Part shown: piece by piece, positions 37,420 to 45,095 of the stretch
Numbering within the stretch: position 1 is the stretch's first letter
Layout of the letters: the number at the start of each line of letters is the position of its first letter
Origin: Verrucomicrobiota bacterium
Lineage (GTDB): Bacteria > Verrucomicrobiota > Verrucomicrobiia > Limisphaerales > UBA11358
Direction of reading: 5' to 3'
NCBI GenBank assembly: GCA_050010435.1
Contig: JBEKKZ010000002.1
Coordinates: 64-64,063 of the forward strand
Length of the DNA: 64,000 nucleotides
Translations under genes and position numbers: made by a program
The notes under the pieces: model-generated
What the model saw: the letters and a program-made list of their open reading frames with translations, nothing else
Databases searched by the model: none
What the model was told of the DNA's origin: nothing

Positions 37420-37474
37420 GATTAGGATTAAGATTAGGATTAAGATTAAGATTAAGAGTAAGATGAAGATTAAA
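37412..37474. repeat. Hexamer array (GATTAA/GATTAG)n downstream of the four-helix-bundle gene
   Basis: GAGATTAAGATTAGGATTAAGATTAGGATTAAGATTAAGATTAAGAGTAAGATGAAGATTAA; supplies the gene's stop codon. Confidence 0.9.
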
Positions 37475-38914
37475 ATGAACGTTTACGAAACCCTTTCTCA
37501 AGCCGCGCGCCAATGGCCCAACCAGACGGCGATCATTGATGCCGCCGGCCCGCTGGATTACCAGTCGCTCTGGCGCGAAATCGAAGCCCTCCGGGCCCAG
37601 CTCGAACGGCTGGGCGTGGGCGGCGGGCAAGGGGTGGGCGTGCGCGGCCGCAACGGACGCGCGCTCGTCATCGGCGCCCTGGCGGCGCTGGGCTGCGGCG
37701 CGGTCGTCATGCCCATTCATCACCTGCTCAAACCGGACGAAATGTCGGAGATGCTGGCGCGCGCGCCGTTGTGCGTGATTCTCGACGACGGCAGCGCCAC
37801 CCCGCCGGCCGGTGAGATGGCCTGCGATCTGAAATTGCAGGACGGCACATCCATGCGGTTTACGCGGCTGGCCGTGCCGCCGGCGCCGCTGGCGCCATGG
37901 GTCGAAGGCGCCGCCTTCCTGCGGTTCACTTCCGGCACGACCGGCGCGTCCAAGGGCGTGATTTTGACGCATCAGAGTGTCCTGGAGCGGACGCGTGGCG
38001 CCAACCAGGGATTGGCTCTCACCTCCCGGGACAAGGTGCTCTGGGTCCTGCCGATGTCGTATCACTTTTTTGCCTCCATCCTCCTGTACCTCGAAGTCGG
38101 GGCCACCATCGTGGTCAGCGCCGATTACCTGGCCGGCAGCATTTTGGACGCGGCCCAGCTCTACGAAGCCACGTTTCTCTACGTGACCCCCATGCACGTG
38201 CGCATGTTGAAAGCCGAGAGCTCCGGCCGCGCCCTGCCACCGTCGCTCCGGCGGATCATGTCCGTCTCCAGCCGGCTGCATCCCCAGATCGCGCGGGATT
38301 TCCAGGCGCGGTATCACGTGCCGGTGGCGCAGGGCTACGGCATCATCGAAGTGGGCGTGCCGCTCATGAACCTGGCGGACGCCGCGGAACATCCCGAGGC
38401 GGTGGGACGTCCGCTGCCCGGCTACGACGCGGTCATCCTGGACGACCAAATGAAACCCCTCGCGACCGGCCGGACCGGACAGCTTGGCCTGCGCGGGCCC
38501 GGAATGTTTGCCGGCTATTTAAACCCCAAAAAACGGCGCGAGGAAATTTTGCACGAGGGCTGGTTCCTGACCGGCGACCTGGCGCATCGCGACGACGCCG
38601 GGCGGATCGTCATTGACGGACGGCTGAAGACCGTGATTGACGTGGCGGGCCACAAGGTGTTTCCGGAGGAGGTCGCCGCCGTTTTGGACCAGCACCCGGC
38701 GGTGCTGCATTCGCGCGTGACCACCCGGCCGCACCCGCAACTGGGCGAGTCCATCCACGCCGAAGTGCAATTGCGCGACGGCAGCTCCCCGACAACGACC
38801 GAGGACATCCTCGCGTTTTGCCGCCGCCGGCTCTCGAGCCAGAAGGTGCCGACCTCGCTCGATCTGGTCGCCGACATCCCCCTGACCTCCAGCGGAAAGG
38901 TGCGCCACGGATGA
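37475..38914 (+). CDS. Class I adenylate-forming enzyme (acyl-CoA/acyl-ACP ligase)
   Basis: FTSGTTGASKG, QGYGIIE, WFLTGDLA, GHKVFPEEV, PLTSSGKV. Confidence 0.92.
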   Translation: MNVYETLSQAARQWPNQTAIIDAAGPLDYQSLWREIEALRAQLERLGVGGGQGVGVRGRNGRALVIGALAALGCGAVVMPIHHLLKPDEMSEMLARAPLCVILDDGSATPPAGEMACDLKLQDGTSMRFTRLAVPPAPLAPWVEGAAFLRFTSGTTGASKGVILTHQSVLERTRGANQGLALTSRDKVLWVLPMSYHFFASILLYLEVGATIVVSADYLAGSILDAAQLYEATFLYVTPMHVRMLKAESSGRALPPSLRRIMSVSSRLHPQIARDFQARYHVPVAQGYGIIEVGVPLMNLADAAEHPEAVGRPLPGYDAVILDDQMKPLATGRTGQLGLRGPGMFAGYLNPKKRREEILHEGWFLTGDLAHRDDAGRIVIDGRLKTVIDVAGHKVFPEEVAAVLDQHPAVLHSRVTTRPHPQLGESIHAEVQLRDGSSPTTTEDILAFCRRRLSSQKVPTSLDLVADIPLTSSGKVRHG

Positions 38915-40476
38915 GCGTTCCGGGCGGAGTCAGTCATTCTCCGGCCGCGGCCGTGCCCGGAACCGCAACCACAGCCGCCGCTGACAAGATTATCATCATC
39001 GGGGGCGGCATCGCGGGACTCGCTTGCGGCTGCTATCTGCAGATGAACGGCTTCCAGACCGAGATCCTTGAAGCGGGCTTGCTTCCGGGCGGATTATGCA
39101 CGGCCTGGCACCGGGGACCGTATGTTTTTGACGGCTGCCTGCGCTGGCTGATGGGCACGCGTCCGCCCTCGGTCTTCCACCAGGTCTGGCAGGAACTGGG
39201 CGCGATAGCCGGCCGGAAGATTCTCATTGATGACGAGATACTGCGGGTCGAAGGCGCCGACGGCAAAACCCTGGCCGTGCCCGCAGACCTGGACAAGCTC
39301 TCGAGCGAGTTCAAACGCATCGCGCCCGAAGACACGGCGCTCATTGATAAACTTGTGCGCGCCGCGCGGCGCTGCGCGCCGCTGGAACCACCCTTCGACA
39401 AGCCGGTGGAATTGATGACGTTTTTCGAGAAAATAAGAACGGGGCTGCGTTACCTTCCGATGGCGCCCGTCATTTTAAAATGGAAGAATCTGCCGATCAC
39501 CACCTACCTCGCGCGCTACCAGAACGACTTCCTCCGCGAGGCGCTGGGGGCGATCGTCAGCAACGAACGCATGTCGGCCCTGGTGCTGGTGATGGTGCTG
39601 GCGTTCAGGACCCGTAACAACACCGGCTTTGTCGCCGGCGGCTCGTGGGACTTTGCGATGGCGATCGCGGACCGCTACGCCCGTCTGGGCGGCACCGTGC
39701 GCTATAAAGCCCGGGTGACTTCGGTAAAAGTCGGGAATGGCCGTGCCACCGGCGTGCAGTGCGCCGACGGGACGGTCGTCCCGGCCTCAACCGTCGTTTC
39801 CTGTGCGGACGGTCATACGACGATTTTCAAGATGCTGGACGGCCGGTTTGTTGACCGGAAGATCCTCTACCTGTACCAGAAATGTGACCTTTTTCCGGCC
39901 ATCATCCAGGTCTCGCTGGGGATCAACAAAACCTTCCCGGATGCGCCACACACACTCAATCTGCCGCTGCTCCAACCGCTCATCGTGGACGACAAAACGC
40001 GGCACTCCCGGCTGGAAGTCGAGACGTTTGGTTCCAATTCGGCACTCTGCCCGGAAGGCAAAACCGTCATGACGGTCAGGTTGTCAACCAGCTACGAGTT
40101 CTGGACCAATCTCAAGAAGAACAGTCCCCAGCGTTACCAGGTCCAAAAACAAGGCATCCTCCAGGAAGTCATCGGCATCCTCGACCGCAGGTTTCCGGGA
40201 CTGGCCCGGCACCTCGAGTGCTCTGACATCGCGACACCCGCCACATTTGTGCGTTATACCGGCAACTGGCAGGGCAGTTACGAAGGCTGGCTGCCGACGC
40301 CGCGCATCCTGGGCCGGCGCATCCCTTATACGCTGCCGGGACTGAAGGATTTCTACATGGCCGGCCACTGGGTGGTGGCGGGCGGGGGACTGCCGTCGGC
40401 CGCGCTTTCCGGCCGGTATGTGGCGCAGATGATCTGTGCCCGGGACGGAAAAGTCTTCACGGCAACCACGGCGTAG
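38911..40476 (+). CDS. Phytoene desaturase (CrtI)-family FAD oxidoreductase
   Basis: IIIIGGGIAGL, PGGLCTAW.RGPYVFD, DIATPATFVRYTGNWQGS, FYMAGHWV..GGGLP. Confidence 0.88.
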   Translation: MSVPGGVSHSPAAAVPGTATTAAADKIIIIGGGIAGLACGCYLQMNGFQTEILEAGLLPGGLCTAWHRGPYVFDGCLRWLMGTRPPSVFHQVWQELGAIAGRKILIDDEILRVEGADGKTLAVPADLDKLSSEFKRIAPEDTALIDKLVRAARRCAPLEPPFDKPVELMTFFEKIRTGLRYLPMAPVILKWKNLPITTYLARYQNDFLREALGAIVSNERMSALVLVMVLAFRTRNNTGFVAGGSWDFAMAIADRYARLGGTVRYKARVTSVKVGNGRATGVQCADGTVVPASTVVSCADGHTTIFKMLDGRFVDRKILYLYQKCDLFPAIIQVSLGINKTFPDAPHTLNLPLLQPLIVDDKTRHSRLEVETFGSNSALCPEGKTVMTVRLSTSYEFWTNLKKNSPQRYQVQKQGILQEVIGILDRRFPGLARHLECSDIATPATFVRYTGNWQGSYEGWLPTPRILGRRIPYTLPGLKDFYMAGHWVVAGGGLPSAALSGRYVAQMICARDGKVFTATTA

Positions 40477-40622
40477 CGGTCCAGCCCTGCGGGAGCAGAC
40501 CGCCGATTTAACCGCGAAAAATGCCGACTACACGAAAGGTAGGGCGCGTCACTCCGTGCGCGCCGCCATATTTATTCGCCGCAAAGAACACAGCTTGTCG
40601 CGGCGAAGCAATGCGAAGACGG

Positions 40623-40687
40623 AAGAACGCAAAGATTTTAACCGCTCATTCCCGCTCATCAGCGCTGATGAGTGAAGATTAGCGGTT
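40623..40687. repeat. Palindromic element, left copy (inverted partner at 52869-52935)
   Basis: AAGATTTTAACCGCTCATTCCCGCTCATCAGCGCTGATGAGTGAAGATTAGCGGTT. Confidence 0.85.
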
Positions 40688-40710
40688 CATCCGAACCGCC
40701 TCGTGCCATT

Positions 40711-40779
40711 TGTCACGTGAGGCAAAGCCCGTATAAGGGACGTGGTCCGCGCGGCGCGGCTTTACGTCCTTTTACGCGG
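40711..40779. repeat. 69-bp left inverted repeat of the defence island
   Basis: 67/69 identical to the reverse complement of 50512-50580. Confidence 0.9.
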
Positions 40780-41221
40780 ATAGCATGCTCCGCACGCCCG
40801 CGCGCCGGGCGCGAATGGCCAGCCGTTTGGCTTTCCGCGACCCGAATTCCCAGAACGAAAATGTTTTTCGCCGGACGACATACGGTTCCGGACTCCAGGT
40901 CGCCAGCCAATACTTCCGGACCTCGCCGTTGCGCCGCATAACCACCTTCTGCACGCCAACGATGTGGGACGAACCCTTGCGTCTTCGAATCTCCGCCCAC
41001 CAGCGGCGCTGCCTCCGTTTCGGCGGCCCCAATTTAGCCAGCAACTTCCGGTGATGCTTTTGTGCCGCCGCCAGCGCCTTTCTCCGCCCGCCATACTTTA
41101 TGTCGGTGAAGAAGGCAGAATGAAGTTTGCCTCGGCGCTGCAGCCGCACAAAATACCCGTGATTGTGCTTGGCCGGCTGGTCGATCCGGCAGATGCCGGG
41201 TGTTCGTGAGCGCGTTTTCAT
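40772..41221 (-). CDS. Tandem AP2-like DNA-binding domain protein
   Basis: GICRID...GYFVRL.RRGKLHSAFFTDIKYGGRRKALAAA and VGVQK...YWLATW...RKTFSFWEFGSRKAKRLAIRAR; highly basic. Confidence 0.7.
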   Translation of the reverse strand: MKTRSRTPGICRIDQPAKHNHGYFVRLQRRGKLHSAFFTDIKYGGRRKALAAAQKHHRKLLAKLGPPKRRQRRWWAEIRRRKGSSHIVGVQKVVMRRNGEVRKYWLATWSPEPYVVRRKTFSFWEFGSRKAKRLAIRARRAGVRSMLSA

Positions 41222-41249
41222 AATTCTTCTTTGCAGGTGCAGTTGGGAT

Positions 41250-41540
41250 TCATGATTTGGGCAGGTAACGCGAATCGTCATCGGCGCGAGGAGGCGCGGG
41301 CGCGGCGGATTGGGGTTTGCGGTCCTCCGCCATTTCGAAGGCGATGCGGAATTTTCGCAGTTCGTCCGCAATATCCCGGAGCCGGACGTAACAAAACAAT
41401 GCGATTACTCCCAAAGCTACGAGTTGGATGGAACCAATGACGACATAGGGCCATGCGACAGACCAATAATCATGTTGGGCCATTTTTAGGAGTTGATCGT
41501 GAAACGCCTGCTGTTGTGCAATTATGTCATTTGGGTTCAT
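41250..41540 (-). CDS. Small single-TM hypothetical protein
   Basis: 96-aa ORF co-oriented with its neighbours. Confidence 0.55.
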   Translation of the reverse strand: MNPNDIIAQQQAFHDQLLKMAQHDYWSVAWPYVVIGSIQLVALGVIALFCYVRLRDIADELRKFRIAFEMAEDRKPQSAAPAPPRADDDSRYLPKS

Positions 41541-41558
41541 TTATTTTTTCTTCAGCGT

Positions 41559-42644
41559 TCATTTCTTCCGCTTGGGCGGTTTGAGTTGTTTCACTTTCTT
41601 CGCCAGGTCTTCGACTTCTTGTGCAAACTGCGCGTCGGCTTGGGCGTCCTCCACCCGGCGGCGATGCCGGTCGAACCTGTCAAACTCCAGTTCCGCCTTC
41701 CGCTTCGCTTCCTCGGCGGAAATGCTTCCCGCGTGCTCCAGAATCTCCCGGTCGCCAGCGCGCAGGAAGGCGTCCAGCTTGGCGATCCAGTCGCGCATCG
41801 TCATGGGACGGCGCTCCAGCGCCTGTAACTCGGCGAAGTCCAGATATTGCGTGACGATGAGGCTCAACTTCTTCAACTCCTCCCCGGTAAGATAATTCTT
41901 GGCGACGGCCACGTCCGGCTTGCGCACCTTTGCCCCCTTCCACGAAGTCAGCCCCATGTGCGGCTTGACGGCGCTGGCCCGCTGGTGAATCACCTCCGCC
42001 GCTGTCCGGCCATGAACGGCCCAATGCATCTTGTTCTGCACCGTCTGGAAAAACCGCTGCGTCATCTCCGCGCTCGGATCGTAATCAACGCTCGTCTGGT
42101 AAATGTCGCAAATCTTCCGGTAGAAATTCCGCTCCGAGAGCCGGATTTCCCGGATGCGCTGGAGCAATTCGTCGTAATACTCGTTTTTCGTCCCGCCCTG
42201 CTTCAACCGCTCGTCATCCAGCGTGAACCCCTTGACGATATATTCCCGCAACCGCTGCGTGGCCCAGATGCGGAACTGCGTGCCGCGTTGCGATTTCACC
42301 CGGTAGCCGACGGAAATGATGACATCGAGGTTGTAAAACTCGATTTCACGGCTGACCGTCCGTCCTCCCTCGGTTTGAACTGTTGCAAATTTTGCAACAG
42401 TTGCCGCCGGCGGCAACTTGCCCTCTGGTTGAACTGTCAAGGAATCCTTGACAGTTGCCCCTCGCTCCAATTCCCCCTCCTTGTAGATGTTTTGGATGTG
42501 CAGACTGACGTTTTGCTTGGTCGTCTGGAACAACTCCGCCATCTGGTTCAACGACAGCCAGACCGTTTCGTTCTCCAGCCGCACTTCAATGCGCGTCCGG
42601 TTGTCCTCGGTCTGATAGAGAATCAGTTCAGATTTCGGTTTCAT
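41559..42644 (-). CDS. RhuM-family protein
   Basis: ETVWLSLNQMAELFQ, YNLDVIISVGYRVKSQRGTQFRIWAT, IREIRLSERNFY, VQNKMHWAVHG, VAKNYL. Confidence 0.92.
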   Translation of the reverse strand: MKPKSELILYQTEDNRTRIEVRLENETVWLSLNQMAELFQTTKQNVSLHIQNIYKEGELERGATVKDSLTVQPEGKLPPAATVAKFATVQTEGGRTVSREIEFYNLDVIISVGYRVKSQRGTQFRIWATQRLREYIVKGFTLDDERLKQGGTKNEYYDELLQRIREIRLSERNFYRKICDIYQTSVDYDPSAEMTQRFFQTVQNKMHWAVHGRTAAEVIHQRASAVKPHMGLTSWKGAKVRKPDVAVAKNYLTGEELKKLSLIVTQYLDFAELQALERRPMTMRDWIAKLDAFLRAGDREILEHAGSISAEEAKRKAELEFDRFDRHRRRVEDAQADAQFAQEVEDLAKKVKQLKPPKRKK

Positions 42645-42700
42645 TTGGCTGCACTCTTCACGATTTTGATTTCTTCCGGCGTCAGTTCGTAGAGAGCATG
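42641..42700 (-). pseudogene. C-terminal remnant of an Eco57I/TaqI-like methyltransferase
   Basis: ALYELTPEEIKIVKSAAK-stop, a typical type IIG tail; its TGA overlaps the rhuM ATG. Confidence 0.6.
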
Positions 42701-42762
42701 GATATTCCAGTTCATTTTCTCCAGCGTTTGATTTTCAGGATGCGACCGAGATGGATGGTTAC

Positions 42763-44052
42763 TTAGGTGAACTGGCCATTCGCATTATCTAAAAACTCTC
42801 TCTTCTCGGGCCAGATGACTTTGATTTTTAATGAGTCAAGCCAGTCAACAATGTCGGTACGCGGTTCGTCGGGAAGAAGGATTGCTTTGTGAGGGTCGCC
42901 GAATTTTTTATTCCCCTGAAAAGCGTAATCCAGAAGTTGGCCCACCGCCATCCTGATGTGTTCTCTGCTTGCAGAGCTTTTGGCCTCGATTAGGTTTCGC
43001 CGATCTTCTTCGTATGCATCGCACTGAAGTGTCTTGTATTTAACCGCAGAAAGTTTGCGGTCCTGCTGCTCCAGCCAGCGCCGATAATTTTCTAGCAACT
43101 TAGCTTCAACTCTCTTGGCCTTTATGACTTTAGCCTTGTTTTGAACTTTATAATCAAGTTGATGATTTTCGGGAGAAGACACTATTTTGGGAATCGGAGA
43201 AATTGCCTTTTGCCTTTTCTTGCGCTCGGCTGTCCTCCCCCCTCTCACGCCAGATGATCTTTTCTGAAGTTGCTGGTTGATCCATTCGCAAACTTTTAGA
43301 TGGGCATTATTCTTTGCGGGGTCGAGTTGAGCTAAAGCTCTGGCATGTCCAACAACGTCGATCAACGGTACATCGCCTGGCGGCGGACCACTCCAAGGGA
43401 TGAATGGTTGCAATCGGCGGAGAGACCCAAAACTTTCGGGTTTCTTGAGGCCGACGATTCGCTTCACGAATTCGCCACGGACTATTCCAAAGCCAACAAT
43501 TTCGGGTTCGAAATGATGTCGCCTCGCAATTAATATGACATCGCCGGGTTTTATCCCTCGTTTTGTCTTGCCGGCGAACGTGGGCCCGATTTGGCCACGA
43601 CTCCAATTGTTTGGATACCACCCCATAAATGCCGCGCACGCCCTTACCGACGCTCGCCTCCAAGCATCAACCGTTGCTTCATTATTTCTGACGTTGGGCG
43701 ATACGACCCAATAGGATCGTGTGGAAATCTTATCAAATGGTCCCCGATACCCAAACTGACTCAGTCGGTTGTGAGCTGTCGCAAGTTCCGTCTCCGTGAA
43801 GAGCTGGTTCCAAGGAGTTTGAAGAGCTACCGCTTCGACCGATAAATCGAGACGGCTATGTCTCGCCAAGCGGCGAAACCCACGGGTCGGATTTGTGGGT
43901 CGGAGCCAGTGCTTTGCTGCGGCGAGACCACCGTCGCGCCGTATCTTCTGGAGGAATCGGTACGCAGGATAATTAAGTTGGTTTTTGGCGTCCTCATAAA
44001 TTTGCAGAGCGCGCTTCGTAAATGGGTCGTTTTCGGAAAGCTTGGTTTTCAC
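42763..44052 (-). CDS. Multi-domain putative restriction-type nuclease (C-terminal PD-(D/E)xK)
   Basis: CDAYEEDRRNLIEAKSSASREHIRMAVGQLLDY; N-terminal GFRRL...LDLSVEAVAL domain; lower GC. Confidence 0.75.
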   Translation of the reverse strand: MKTKLSENDPFTKRALQIYEDAKNQLNYPAYRFLQKIRRDGGLAAAKHWLRPTNPTRGFRRLARHSRLDLSVEAVALQTPWNQLFTETELATAHNRLSQFGYRGPFDKISTRSYWVVSPNVRNNEATVDAWRRASVRACAAFMGWYPNNWSRGQIGPTFAGKTKRGIKPGDVILIARRHHFEPEIVGFGIVRGEFVKRIVGLKKPESFGSLRRLQPFIPWSGPPPGDVPLIDVVGHARALAQLDPAKNNAHLKVCEWINQQLQKRSSGVRGGRTAERKKRQKAISPIPKIVSSPENHQLDYKVQNKAKVIKAKRVEAKLLENYRRWLEQQDRKLSAVKYKTLQCDAYEEDRRNLIEAKSSASREHIRMAVGQLLDYAFQGNKKFGDPHKAILLPDEPRTDIVDWLDSLKIKVIWPEKREFLDNANGQFT

Positions 44053-44079
44053 GGTTGCCGATGAGTTTATGGAGGTGCG

Positions 44080-45090
44080 TTAAAACGCCTCGTCCAGATT
44101 TTTGGCTTTCATCAAACGTTCGAGGGTTGTGTAGCGCGGCGCTTGGGGAGCTTTGACGATGCCGTTCGGCTTGGGGATAAGTTTGATGGGGCCGATTTCT
44201 TTCGCCGGTTCGGCGAAGTTGAGCACGTATTTGCTCGTATCCTCCCAGCGCTCAATGGTCTTCACCCTCGCGATGTGGGTTATGGCCGACACTGGTGCCT
44301 TTCTGTAAACGGCGATGTGTTTGATCCGAGGAATCATGCTGGAATGGATGCGGATTTGGTACCAGCGATTCTCCCCGATGAATGTCTCTTGGAATCCTTC
44401 GTCCCATGCCGGGACGACGATGGTGTCCACTTCTGCCGGGTCAATGGTCGGCGTATTGCCCGCGTCAGCGGCAGTCGTGGCACTTTGAGCACTGAGATCG
44501 TAAAGGAACGGCTCAAACTGGTAAACCACCCCGCCGTTGGCCGAACGAAAACGCTCCACAACGAGGGTTTCCACTGGGAACCGCAGCGAGCTGCGCAAGA
44601 TGCTTTCCAGTTCGTCCTCCAGATAGTCGATGATGACCAGCGCGGTGAAAGTGTTCGGCGGGTAAATCATTTGCTCCAAAAGATAGTCAATGTTGCTGAA
44701 GCCGTTTGCGGCTGCGTACTGCTCGCATTTTGCCATCGCCGCGGGACTCTTCTGAAGTGTGTTGCGCAGGATGCCCTTCATCTTCTGCGGGGTGCTCTTG
44801 AACGAGAGGGAAAAGTTCAAGAGTTGCTGTGCGACGTGGCGCAATGGGTCATGCTCTGCCAATTCCACCTCGACCAAGTAGAGCACCGGCTTGTTACGGC
44901 TCGACAAATCGATGAGATAGCCGTCGGGAATATTTTGTGTTTTGCCGGGCTGTCCGATGAGTTTTTTGACGTCGAGATAGAGACGGGATTCGCCGAACAG
45001 GTCCTGTTGAACCTCGGCGATGGCGGATTCTAATTCCGCCTCTTTTTCAAAGTCCCAAGGATGAAACTGCTGTTTGGTGGTCCAGATCAT
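44080..45090 (-). CDS. Putative PD-(D/E)xK nuclease with a C-terminal PUA/EVE-like domain
   Basis: IPDGYLID...LVEVEL..HD; C-terminal IVVPA..EGFQETF.GENRWYQIRI...IAVYRKAPVSAITH. Confidence 0.7.
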   Translation of the reverse strand: MIWTTKQQFHPWDFEKEAELESAIAEVQQDLFGESRLYLDVKKLIGQPGKTQNIPDGYLIDLSSRNKPVLYLVEVELAEHDPLRHVAQQLLNFSLSFKSTPQKMKGILRNTLQKSPAAMAKCEQYAAANGFSNIDYLLEQMIYPPNTFTALVIIDYLEDELESILRSSLRFPVETLVVERFRSANGGVVYQFEPFLYDLSAQSATTAADAGNTPTIDPAEVDTIVVPAWDEGFQETFIGENRWYQIRIHSSMIPRIKHIAVYRKAPVSAITHIARVKTIERWEDTSKYVLNFAEPAKEIGPIKLIPKPNGIVKAPQAPRYTTLERLMKAKNLDEAF

Positions 45091-45095
45091 AGGTT

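Noticed and set aside
38911-40476. Carotenoid biosynthesis cluster (CrtI-like gene plus polyprenyl synthase)
   Set aside because: No phytoene synthase; the CrtI-like gene is coupled to acyl-carrier genes, and the prenyl synthase lies 22 kb away in a housekeeping context
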